In this document: positions 50,807 through 64,000 of the stretch, in pieces
How the letters are laid out: the number at the start of each line of letters is the position of its first letter
How positions within the stretch are numbered: position 1 is the first letter of the stretch
Assembly (NCBI GenBank): GCA_964016885.1
Contig: OZ024741.1
Span: forward strand, 66,464,001-66,528,000
Length of the DNA stretch: 64,000 nucleotides
Origin: Eledone cirrhosa
Lineage: Eukaryota
Direction: 5' to 3'
The notes under the pieces: generated by a model
Told to the model about the DNA's origin: nothing
The model's input: the letters and a program-made list of their open reading frames with translations, nothing else
The model's database searches: none
Translations under genes and position numbers: made by a program

Positions 50807-51059
50807 TATAAATATTTCGTATCTCCAAGGAAATACGGTTTTAGGAAGTCAGAGCTATGCAAACACCGAGGGGCCAACGCCCTCTGGTGATGTCCAGCAG
50901 AAGCAAGGGCGACGGTCAGTTAAGACGAAGGCCAGTTAAGCCTGAAATGCATAGACGGTTGTCCTCCTTGCTTCTGCTGGACATCACCAGAGGGCGTTAG
51001 CCCCTCGGTGTTTGCATAGCTACGGCTTCCTAAAACCGTAATTCCTTGGAGATACGAAA

Positions 51060-51067
<8 letters not shown>
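50807..51067. repeat. Fold-back element with ~100-bp arms
   Basis: Inverted arms around a spacer containing aggc-cagttaa-gcct GAAA tgca TA (degenerate HHR-like). Confidence 0.75.
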
Positions 51068-51128
<61 letters not shown>

Positions 51129-51546
51129 ATGTGTGTGTATGTATGGACCCGTAACCGCCGATGGAGTCCAAGGGGCGCCGTAGTGACTTACATCCGATTT
51201 CCTCCAGAGAAAAGGGTGATAAAGTAGAAGGATTGTCCCCAGTACTGGACTAGTACATTTATTTTATCGACCTCGAAAGGATGAAAGGCAAAGTTAACCT
51301 CGTCGGGTTTTGAACTGAGAGTACAGAGAGCCAGAACGAATACCACAAAGCATTCTATCCAAAGTTCTAACGGTTCTTACTCCGCCTTTTCTGACGAGGT
51401 ACAAATGCCATATATTTTAGCATTAGATATGTTTGGATGGTGTTCCTGATTTTCAAGATTTATTATGAGAATATGTGTGGCTTTGAATAAATTAGTTTCT
51501 ATTTTCTCCTCCTTGTCCTCTTTTCTATCATCGTCGTCGTCGTCAC

Positions 51547-51599
<53 letters not shown>

Positions 51600-51818
51600 C
51601 CATCACCACCACCGCCACCATCATCATTATCCTCCTCCTCATCATCATCATTACCACCACCACTACTACCACCACCATCATTACCACCACCATCATTACC
51701 TCCTCCTCCTCCTCCTCTCCCCCCCTCCTCCTCCTCCTCCTCCTCCTCATCATCATCATCATCATCATCATCACCGTTTTACGTATATTTTCCATACTTG
51801 CGTACATTATTAGACAGG

Positions 51819-51972
51819 GCACCATGCTTTGTAGCAAAGAGTTACGTCCCTTGCCATTCTGAGTTCAAATCCCGCCGAGGTTAACTTTGCCTTTCATCCT
51901 TAGAGGGTTGATAAAATAAAGTACCAGTAATGCACTGGGATAATTGCTGGCCTTGTGCCAAAAGTAGAAACA
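51819..51972 (+). mobile_element. SINE S1, 5'-truncated
   Basis: TSD attattagacagg (51806-51818 / 51973-51985). Confidence 0.85.
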
Positions 51973-53317
51973 ATTATTAGACAGGTTGTCAGGTTTTGTG
52001 GCCAGACGGGACAGATGAGTTATACCTGCAGTTCGAATGGCCAACCTTGTCACATTCTGTGTCACGTTGAATCTCCCTGACAACTACGTTAAGTATAAGC
52101 ATGTCTGTGGAATGCTCAGTCACTTGCACGTTAATTTCACGAGCAGGCTGTTCCGTTGATCTGATTAACTGAAACACTCGTCATCGTAACCGACATAGTG
52201 CCTTTTAATTTTGGCAGCAGCATTAACACCTGATAGGGTGGACTGGATATTTGTTTTTATCATGGCACCAGCTCCACCACTCTACAGTGTAGACTGGGAG
52301 ATTTTATCGTGGTACTCGCATTACCACTTTAATGTTCCATATCTATGGCAGCAGTAGTTTGATTTGGCTACTATTTATAATTAGGTTAAATGATCATTGG
52401 GAACGAAGCTACTTTAATATGTTATCTAAGAAAGACAGAGGGAATATATATTTTAAACGTGGAAATGGAATATGTGTGTATGCATATATGTGTATGTGTG
52501 TATGGTCTCGTAACTCCTGATAGAGTCGTAGGGGCGCCGTATTGACATACGGCGTTTCTTGGGCATTTTTTAGGCCTGGTGGAGCCCATCCCTTCCCAGG
52601 CCTGAGTACAGCAGACTTCTTCCGGAGAAAGATAGAAAGTGAGAGAGAGGAAATGAGAAAGAGATATTAGAGGAAGAATCAAGCCCAGTACTAGACTGGT
52701 ACTTTTTTTTATCAACATCGAAAGTTGACCTCGGCGGGATTTGAACTCAGAGAGCAGAGAGCCGGAACGAAAACCATAAATCATTCTATTCAACGTTCTA
52801 ACGACTCAGTCAATTCGCCGCCTGTATGTCTATGTGTTGCAAATACACAGACCACTACCAATGCCACCACAGTGAGACGCGCATAGGCAATGTGGTAGAA
52901 CGCTCTCCAACGTGCAGAACTACAGGCGCTTGTCGTATCATGGTCACAGCACCAGCTGGATGATATAAATATGAACCGCTGAGAGTTAAGGTCGACAGGC
53001 TAACAGCCTTTAACAACCAGCCAGCGATGACACTTCACTTCCGGCTTCTAATATCTAAACTTGGAGAAAAATGCACTAATTTCACCTAGCAGCTATATTT
53101 TCAGTAGATCGATAATTTCTCGCCATCCCAAACATAGACACAAACACGTACACATATTATTACAGACATTCACGATTAGATTTAAAAAAAAAAATGTATG
53201 TATGTATGCATATCTCTCTCTCTCTCTTTCTCTCTATGTATGTATGTATGTATGTATGTATGTATGTATGTATGTATGTATGTATGTATGTATGTATGTA
53301 TGTATGTATGTATGTAT

Positions 53318-55248
<1,931 letters not shown>

Positions 55249-55299
55249 ATATATATATATATATATTTTATGTACATTTAAAAGTGCTTGTTTCCTGTG

Positions 55300-55680
55300 G
55301 GTTTTTGTTTACTGCCCCTGTGCAACGTCTGCATATGAAACCTATGTTGTTTGTTAGCCTACCTGAGTTCCCGCTACATCTCTTGTTTACCCATGATTTG
55401 CATTTGGGACACATGATGGAGTTTTTACCTATTCCTTTCCTGCGTACTGATCAGAGCCATTTCCCTGCGGGGAACAGAGCGCTGTTTTCCTTTTTGCTTG
55501 CTAGGATTTTGGTCTTTTATGGCCTTTTATTTCCATTTGGTCAGTACACTTATTCTCCATTATCAGAGCTTGTACATGCCACCTCTAGTGTTTAATCAAG
55601 TTTTGAATGTATAACCGTAATGTGGCTACTTCCTATGTTTACATGTTATCAATTACTTTTTAAAATCTGATCCATATGAG
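55300..55680 (-). pseudogene. Degenerate RTE-type LINE ORF2 fragment with a PHD-like Cys insert
   Basis: Minus strand reads GKW...RKGIGKNSIMCPKCKSWVNKRCSG...FICRRC. Confidence 0.5.
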
Positions 55681-56353
55681 GTTACTGTGTGGTGTTATGA
55701 GGGTGAGTAATATCCTTTTTCAAAACCAGGTATTGTATAATATACATAGCTCTATAAACACATGTATATCACATAATAAATATATAAATATTCCTATATA
55801 CTGTGATTTATATGTGAATAAATTGACCAGTATGCTGGTATCTTGTAGTTATAAGTGGGGGAGTACGATCATGTTTCTCTGTACACCTATAATAATATAT
55901 GTATACATAATACACACACTCCCCCCCCCCCCCCACACATACATACATACATACATACATACATACATACTTACATACATACATACATACATACTTACAT
56001 ACATACATACATATACACACACTTATATACACATAACATCATGGCTGGTTGTGTCTTTATTAATGTGAACTGTCCGTATATTGTGTTCAGTAGTGGTGGC
56101 AGGTAAAAAAGAAATAGACAATTTGTGTAGATAACTACACGCACATATACATACACACACACATACGTACTGTATAAGAGCTATATAAGTATTATATACA
56201 CACATACATACGTACATACATACATAGACATATATATATGGATATATATATATATATGTATATTGTATATATATATATATACATACATGTGTATATAAAT
56301 ATGTGTATGTATATATACATGCATATCTGTCTAACTCTCTATATGAGTATTAT

Positions 56354-56416
<63 letters not shown>

Positions 56417-56798
56417 CACACATATATATGTTAAAACTAATAATAGTAATAAATAAGAAGAGATATATAAAGCTTGGTAGACAAAGAGAAAAAGACAAGA
56501 CTAAAGTGTAATAGAATGATGAGTGGCTGAACATAAAGGAACAGCTATAATAAGAGAGGAAAAGTCTGTCCATTAGACTAAATAATGGGAGGAAACAAAT
56601 GTCTCAAGGTCGCTAATGGCCGGTCAGCAGGAGAGAAAGAGAGCGAGAGAGATGGTGAGTGTGAGAGAGAGAGAGAAAGAGAGAGAAAGAGAGATAAAGA
56701 GAGATAGAGAGAGAGAGCGGGAGAGAGAGAGAGAGAGAGAGAAATAGGGGGGGGAGACAGAAAGAGAGAGAGAGAGAGAGAGTGATATGGCGAGTGTA

Positions 56799-56877
<79 letters not shown>

Positions 56878-57397
56878 GACAGACAGAGAGAGTGAGCTCA
56901 CGAAAGGGTCAGATAGAAATAGTTAAATTGATAGATAGAGAGAAAGAAGGGGAGAGAAAGAGAGGGCGAGAGAGAAGTGAAAAGAAAATATTGAAATATG
57001 AACAAAGGTTCGACAGAGTAGAGAAAATGGAGGAAAGTTAGATGTAAAACGGAAATGGAAAAGATTCTGCGAAAAACGAAATAATGTAAAATAAAAAAAA
57101 ACAAAAACAAAAACAAATAGTGGAATTAAGATAAAAACATAAACTAATGAAAGGAAAATATGTTAAAGAGAAAGAAGAGATCGATAGTGAGCTCGTGAGA
57201 TTGATAAATAAAGAGTGAGAGGAGTGAGATTAGAGGTTATAGGTGAAAGCAGGAAAAATCAGAGAAAATTTGTGAGAATGAAACAGTGAGGGGTAAAACA
57301 GCTTTTATAGGAGTGTGTATGTATGTATGTATGTATGTATGTATGTATGTATGTATGTATGTATGTATGTATGTATGTATGTATGTATATACATATG

Positions 57398-57486
<89 letters not shown>

Positions 57487-57499
57487 GCATATACAGTAT

Positions 57500-57549
<50 letters not shown>

Positions 57550-57601
57550 GTATATACTGTATATGCATATGTATATGCATATATATATGTATATACATAC
57601 G

Positions 57602-57674
<73 letters not shown>

Positions 57675-58390
57675 TCATTCATATACAAATATTGTGTAGT
57701 GTAAACATTCTTAATAGGAAAAGACATTAATGGTGAATTGAATTGAATAAGCTAATAGGCACATACACACACAGACACCCACACATAACCCCACACAGAC
57801 ATATGACATACACACACGCAACACACACACACGTCCACACATACAAAATACACACACACACACACACACACAGCATACAATTTATACGCCAGATACAAAC
57901 ATGAAATGTATGCGCAGGCGTACATTACATACATTACATACATTATATACATACACACCCTCTCTCACACTTACACACAGAAATATACGACCTGTTTGTG
58001 GCTTTAGAGTCAGGCATATGAGTACTCAATAAGCGCTGGAAGGGATATGTTAAATGACTTCATACACACACACACAACCACATGCACATGCACACATATA
58101 TACACAAACACTCAAACACACACATAGACACACAGACAGACACACATACACACACATGTGCACATATACACAAATACACACGCACCCCACCACACACAGA
58201 AACACTCAAACACACATACACATACACACAGACAGACATACACATACACATACACACAAACATGTGCACATATACACAAATACACACGCACCCCCACCAC
58301 ACACAGAAACACTCAAACACACATATATACACACACATAGATGTGACATATACACACACACACAACAACACATACACAAAATCACACACA

Positions 58391-58424
<34 letters not shown>

Positions 58425-58944
58425 ACTCACAGAAACACTCACAGACATACACATAAACACACATATAGGTGTGGGTAAAAACGAAAGTTAAGAGCATAAT
58501 GTGGAAGTTGAGAATATTTTATTATTAACAGTTTGACGTATTCATGCATTACCACTAGGTTTCATAGACATTAATATGTATAACTTCTTTAGATGCCTGT
58601 AAATAGAGTATATACAGGTTTCTGAAGGAGATAGGTGTATACCAGTCTATGAAACATTATGGTAATGCATAAATACATTATATATATATATACGGACAGA
58701 GATATGAACTCTCCTCTCTAAATGTGTATGTAAAAACTAATGATTTTTCTTCCCCTTTTTATTATTCGTATAAATATGCAACATAACTACATTATGCATA
58801 TCAGCAGTTGAAAAAGCATATAATGCTGAAACCGGTATTATTAAATGCGGAAATATCCACTTTATAAATAAATGTTTTGATATTATACTGAAAGAATCTC
58901 TTCAGCATTTTCTACTGAAAAAATCTTTTCCTCTTTACTATTTG

Positions 58945-59051
<107 letters not shown>

Positions 59052-59321
59052 ACACACAGACACACACACAGAGACACACACACACAAACACATGCTTACG
59101 CACGTGCTCAAGTATGGCTCTTTTTACAAAACGATTTTTTTTTCATTTCAGGTAGACGCGCTCCATCATCCGCTTTTCTAAAAAACAAATCATACACAAA
59201 ACGCCAGCACCAACAGTTTTGCAAGAGATGTCAACATGAATGGACCTATTATTTTTATCTAAAGACATTTTTTCAAATTCCATCCCGCCTGTCCCCTCAA
59301 TCTATTTTATTTCTCATTCTT

Positions 59322-59357
59322 TCTTCTGATGAAAGACTAGCGTCCGAAACGTTAAGA
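59322..59357 (+). ncRNA. Ultra-minimal HHR-like motif lacking helix III
   Basis: tctt CTGATGA aagac-tagc-gtcc GAAA cg TT aaga. Confidence 0.45.
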
Positions 59358-59447
59358 CCCGCTTCCTGCTATATCAAGCGTTAACCTAATATATACCTTC
59401 CATATACTGTACCGATTGTGTTGTTATTTCTGTTTACCTTTTACATA

Positions 59448-59622
<175 letters not shown>

Positions 59623-59684
59623 AAATGAGGTTTCTTTTTAAATGAAAAAAAAACAAACAAGATGTCCCACACGAGTGAAAGTAT

Positions 59685-59915
59685 AAGGAAAAGAGATGAA
59701 ATCGAAAATGCAACTGGAGTCTTTTTAAGAATATTTATTTGTTTCCTTTACCGGTTTCACAGTTCTTATGCTTTTCAAAAGTAGAATTGAGAAAAACCAC
59801 AAACCCTTCATCTCAATTCTATTTTTGAAAAGCATAAGAACTGTGAAAGCGGTAAAAGAAATAAATATTCTTAAAAAGACTCCAGTTGCATTTTAGATTT
59901 CATCTTTTTTCCCTA
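59685..59915. repeat. Fold-back element with an HHR 3' half-core (family also at 49960-50140)
   Basis: ~105-bp inverted arms containing GAAA ccgg TA aaggaa. Confidence 0.7.
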
Positions 59916-59928
59916 TATATATATATAA

Positions 59929-60455
59929 TCTATATATATAAAACTGTGGTTGTCTGTCTGTCTATCGATATTTGGCACACATCTCCTCTTAGAATCTCTC
60001 ACGGAATTGCACCGAAATTGCTATACTTGTACATTGAGCCCTAGCGAAGACATCGGAAAAAAAATATTTCAAATTGACCCACCCTATGTGACGAAATCGA
60101 ATATAATGTATCGATTTTTGAGCGTAAGTTATCAGTTATTTCCCTTTGTTCTGTTTACATTGAGCGTCTTACGTTGTTTTTCTCTGCGTTGCAGTGTTTA
60201 CATTTTCGATCTTTGTTAATAAATAACCAGTGCAGTTTTTATCCCCAGCATCCTATTTTGTTATAACATTCGGGTTATCGTTATGTTTTCTTAACTTCAT
60301 AAGGCATATTGTTGGTTGAGGGAATAATAATCAAAAACACCACATGCAAGTCTGCACAGTAGACATTACAGTTTTTAAGCCAAAAAAGAAACTTAACATT
60401 GTAACTTTAACACAGCTACTGAGCGACCCCGAGCAACGCCGGGCTTTACTGCTAG
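59929..60455 (+). mobile_element. Non-autonomous Helitron
   Basis: A|TC 5' end (tctatatatataaaa), subterminal hairpin cccg-agcaacgc-cggg, CTAG|T 3' end, no TSD. Confidence 0.72.
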
Positions 60456-60785
60456 TTATATATATATATATATAGCTGATGGACTCTATTGCTAAGACAC
60501 ACAGCTAGAGAGACCGAGGCGAGCGGGCTACAGCGACACCTTCTTTTTGACGCAAGGGGATTGATCTCTGAACGGTCTGTGCCATTTAAAATTTGCAATT
60601 ATACAATTATATAACCAGCAGTTGTACCACTAAGCCACCGAGACTGTTCGAATTTTTAAACATTTTAAAATTATATTTCACTTACCTATGGATTTGCTTA
60701 AATGCTTTACATCGTTGGATACTGGGTTCAGTTATTCTTAAAATTATTAAAGACTAATATTTACTTTTATATTTATACACACACA

Positions 60786-60878
<93 letters not shown>

Positions 60879-61285
60879 ACACGAACACACACACACACAC
60901 ACACGGACATACACACACACACACACGGACACATACCCCCCCCCCCCCATATATATAATTAGAATTTAGCTTCGAACATAGCTGTATACAAATATTTATG
61001 TGAATTTCGTATATCTAAAGAAATATAGTATGTTTATAAATAAACATTCTGAAAGCTATAGCTATGAATATAACACTGGCGCCCAGCGCCGCCGAGCGGT
61101 GACCGGAAGAACTTAAATGGTTCTCGCCAGGACGATGTTTCCCTCTTGCTACTACCGGACTTTGAAACAGACAAAATATACATTTTTTTCGCCTGTGTAA
61201 ATGAGGTGATTAATCTCATTTGCATATGAAGATGTATAAGCTATGGCTTTCAGAATGTTTATTTATACCTTTATATAATAGGAAC

Positions 61286-61495
61286 GATCGACTTTCGTCA
61301 AATCGGACCGAGGGAACAATGTTTCCGTTGGTCTTTCCAATTGCTAATACTATCTATCGGTCGCAACTCCAGGTAGAAGGAGCAACGTGAAATAAAGTGT
61401 CTTGCTCAAGGACATAACGCATCGCCTGGTCCAGGAATCGAACTCACAACCTTACGATTGCGAATCCAATTCTCTAACCACTCAGCCACACGCCT
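61286..61495 (-). mobile_element. tRNA-derived SINE family S2
   Basis: A-box tggctgagtgg, B-box gagttcgattcc, then tgtccttgagcaagacactt. Second copy at 61966-62175. Confidence 0.8.
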
Positions 61496-61965
61496 TCACG
61501 TACCTTTATATATACCTTTATATATACCTTTATATACTTTATTTATACCTTTATATACTTTATATCTTTAGATATACGAAATTCACACACACACACACAC
61601 ACACACACTCATATATATATTTATATATATATACTCGATCTCATGTAAAAGTCGACCCTAGTATGCTTAATTGTTTTATTTGTTTGTCTTTTAAGTTTTT
61701 ATTCTTTCTCTAGGACTTCTGATATTTTCTTTAAGAGCAATGTTTGTGAATTGATCCCTTAAGTACTGCCGTGGTCCCCGAGAGGCCCCCTTGCCCTCGA
61801 ACAAGCTGACAACCTGGTCAGTCCGCCACTGCACACACGCATACACACACATACACATACACACATATCCATACACACATACATACACACATACGTAGAC
61901 ACATACACACAGAGACAGGCAGTCAGACACACAGTCACACGCACACATATATATATATCGACAGT

Positions 61966-62175
61966 CGATCGACTTTCGTCAAATCGGACCGAGGAAACAA
62001 TGTTTCCGTTGGTTTTTCCAGTTGCTAATACCATCTATCGGTCGCAACTCTAGGTAGAAGGAGCAATGTGAAATAAAGTGTCTTGCTGAAGGACATAACG
62101 CATCGCCCGGTCCAGGAATCGAACTCACAACGTCACGATTGTGAATCCAATTCTCTTACCACTCAGCCATGTGCT
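61966..62175 (-). mobile_element. SINE S2, second copy
   Basis: High similarity to 61286-61495. Confidence 0.8.
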
Positions 62176-62315
62176 TTCAGCAATATACATATATATATAC
62201 ATATATATAAGTATATGTGAGTCCATGTCCAAGTTCCTGTTTATCTCCCGTAACTTAGCGGCTCAATAAAAAGTGATCGTTGAAATAAAGACCAGATTTG
62301 AAAAAAATATATATA

Positions 62316-63062
62316 CGAGGGTCTGCTGAAAAGTTCATAGGCTGAACTTATTATTAAAAGTTCCCATTTATTATTAAATTGGCAGTATCGGTAGAGGGTC
62401 GGACGCCATACTTTGACGCATAGAGTTACGTCCCTTTCCATTCTGAGTTCAAAACCTGCCAAGGTTAACTTTACCTTTCATCCTTATGGGGGTCGATAAA
62501 ATAAAGTACCAGTAATACATTGGGTAATTGCTGGCCTTGTGTCAAAAGTAGAAACAATTATTAACACTCTGATGGCGCTGGATTGTCGGAGGACATGTTT
62601 CCAGCATAGTTGTACGACCATTTACTTTCTGAGTTTAAATCCCGCAGAGATTAGCTTTGCCTTTCATCTTTATGGGAGTCGACAAAATAAGTACCAGTAA
62701 TGCACTGGGGTCGATATAATTGATTTTCCCCTCCCCTTCAAATTACTGGCCTTGTGCCTAAAGTAGAAACATTTATTTTTAGGTTTAGTTTTCAACATAT
62801 TTCTTGGAAAGAAACAATGCAGTTATTAATAAGAAGAGTTGAAAGTACTGCATGCAAGATTTCACAGCTCTAGCATCAATTCTTCATAGGCTAACCAAGA
62901 TACTCTCATGGAATGACCAAATGAGGTTTAGTTTTCAACATATTCCTTGGAAAGAAACAATGCAGTTATTAATAAGAAGAGTTATAATTACAGTATGCAA
63001 GATTTCACAGCTCTAGCATCATTCTTCATAGTCAGCCTATGAACTCTTCAGCCGACCCCGCG
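62316..63062. mobile_element. Tc1/mariner-type MITE with nested SINEs and an internal ~143-bp duplication
   Basis: TA|cgagggtctgctgaaaagttcataggctga ... tcagcctatgaactcttcagccgaccccgcg|TA. Confidence 0.6.
62378..62556 (+). mobile_element. SINE S1
   Basis: A/B boxes and S1 3' end. TSD attattaa (62370-62377 / 62557-62564). Confidence 0.85.
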
Positions 63063-64000
63063 TATGTGTCTGTGTTTGTTTTTATGTCCTTTAACTTAGC
63101 GGCTCAACAAAAATGTGATCGATGAAATAACGACGATACTTCAAAAGAAAAATCTACTTGGAACGATAAAGCAGGTGGTAGCCGACTATGGCTGCAGTCT
63201 TATAACTGAAACCAATAAAAGAATAGAAGAATACCACATTTCGTATCTTCAGGTAACGTTGAAATAAGGTTATATCGACATCAAAGTGTCGATTTAATTA
63301 ACTAGGAACTCTAGAAGATGCTCCGGTATAGCCGCAGTCCAATGGCTGAAGCCTGTGAAAGAAGAATACCGTTTTTTATTCATGCACAATAGATAATGTA
63401 GCTTATGGTAGACGTTTGTATTGATATATGGGTGGACACATTCAATAATAGGAATGGACCTCCATCAGTTTCGATGATGAGTGTTTCAGTTATTCGATCA
63501 ATGGAACAGCCTGCTAGGTAAATTAACGTGTACTTGACTGAGCATTCCACAGATGCGTGTACCCTTAACGTGATTCTCAGGGAGAGTCAGCGTGACCCAG
63601 TATGTGACATGGCTATCCCTTTGAATTACATTTCATCCACGGGTTTCCAATCGGTTTCCGTCTATCCACTGATTAGTTCCGTAAGGAGGTAGAAGATAAA
63701 AGCGGGAATTATAAACGCTTCAAATGAGAAATGTCGGCAATTATTATTTCGCCAACAACAACAACCACAATAGCAGCAGCAGCAGCGGCAATACCGCCAT
63801 CAACACCACCACCACTACCACCGCCGCCGCCACCACCACCACTACTACCGCCGCCACCACCACCAACAACAATAACAACAATATTATTGGTTTCTGATAA
63901 TCGGCACATAGCTAACAATTTTTTGGGGAGGGGTAAGTCGATTAAATCGACCCAGTGCATTACTGGTATTTTATTTTATCGACCCCGTAAGGCTGAAAGG

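Noticed and set aside
61400-61495. tRNA gene
   Set aside because: A/B boxes continue into a SINE body present in two copies, and no clean cloverleaf or acceptor stem is evident.

Overview
Eukaryotic, AT-rich, microsatellite-dense DNA made almost entirely of transposable elements. The SINE families and repeat landscape suggest a cephalopod such as octopus (inference). No host gene is convincingly supported. Main contents: (1) an ~16 kb same-strand head-to-tail train of L1/Tx1-type LINEs at 18.8-34.7 kb, including two full-length ~5.8 kb copies (one with an intact APE-RT-CCHC ORF2). The elements are separated by (TATC)n, and short truncated copies have TSDs beginning TATCTAT, indicating a microsatellite-targeting Tx1 group. 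(2) A sister Tx1 family followed by ATTATT, plus a tRNA-type SINE that shares the Tx1 3' terminus and has TSDs beginning ATTAT. (3) A near-intact Naiad-type Penelope-like element (RT + GIY-YIG) in (TA)n, about a dozen minimal type I hammerhead ribozyme (HHR) motifs, and many fold-back palindromes centred on HHR helix II. (4) An RLE-type (R4/Dong-like) LINE fragment and a tandem non-autonomous LINE derivative in (CATA/TATG)n. (5) hAT-, piggyBac-, mariner- and Helitron-type non-autonomous elements. All calls were made by eye, so boundaries are approximate to a few bases.
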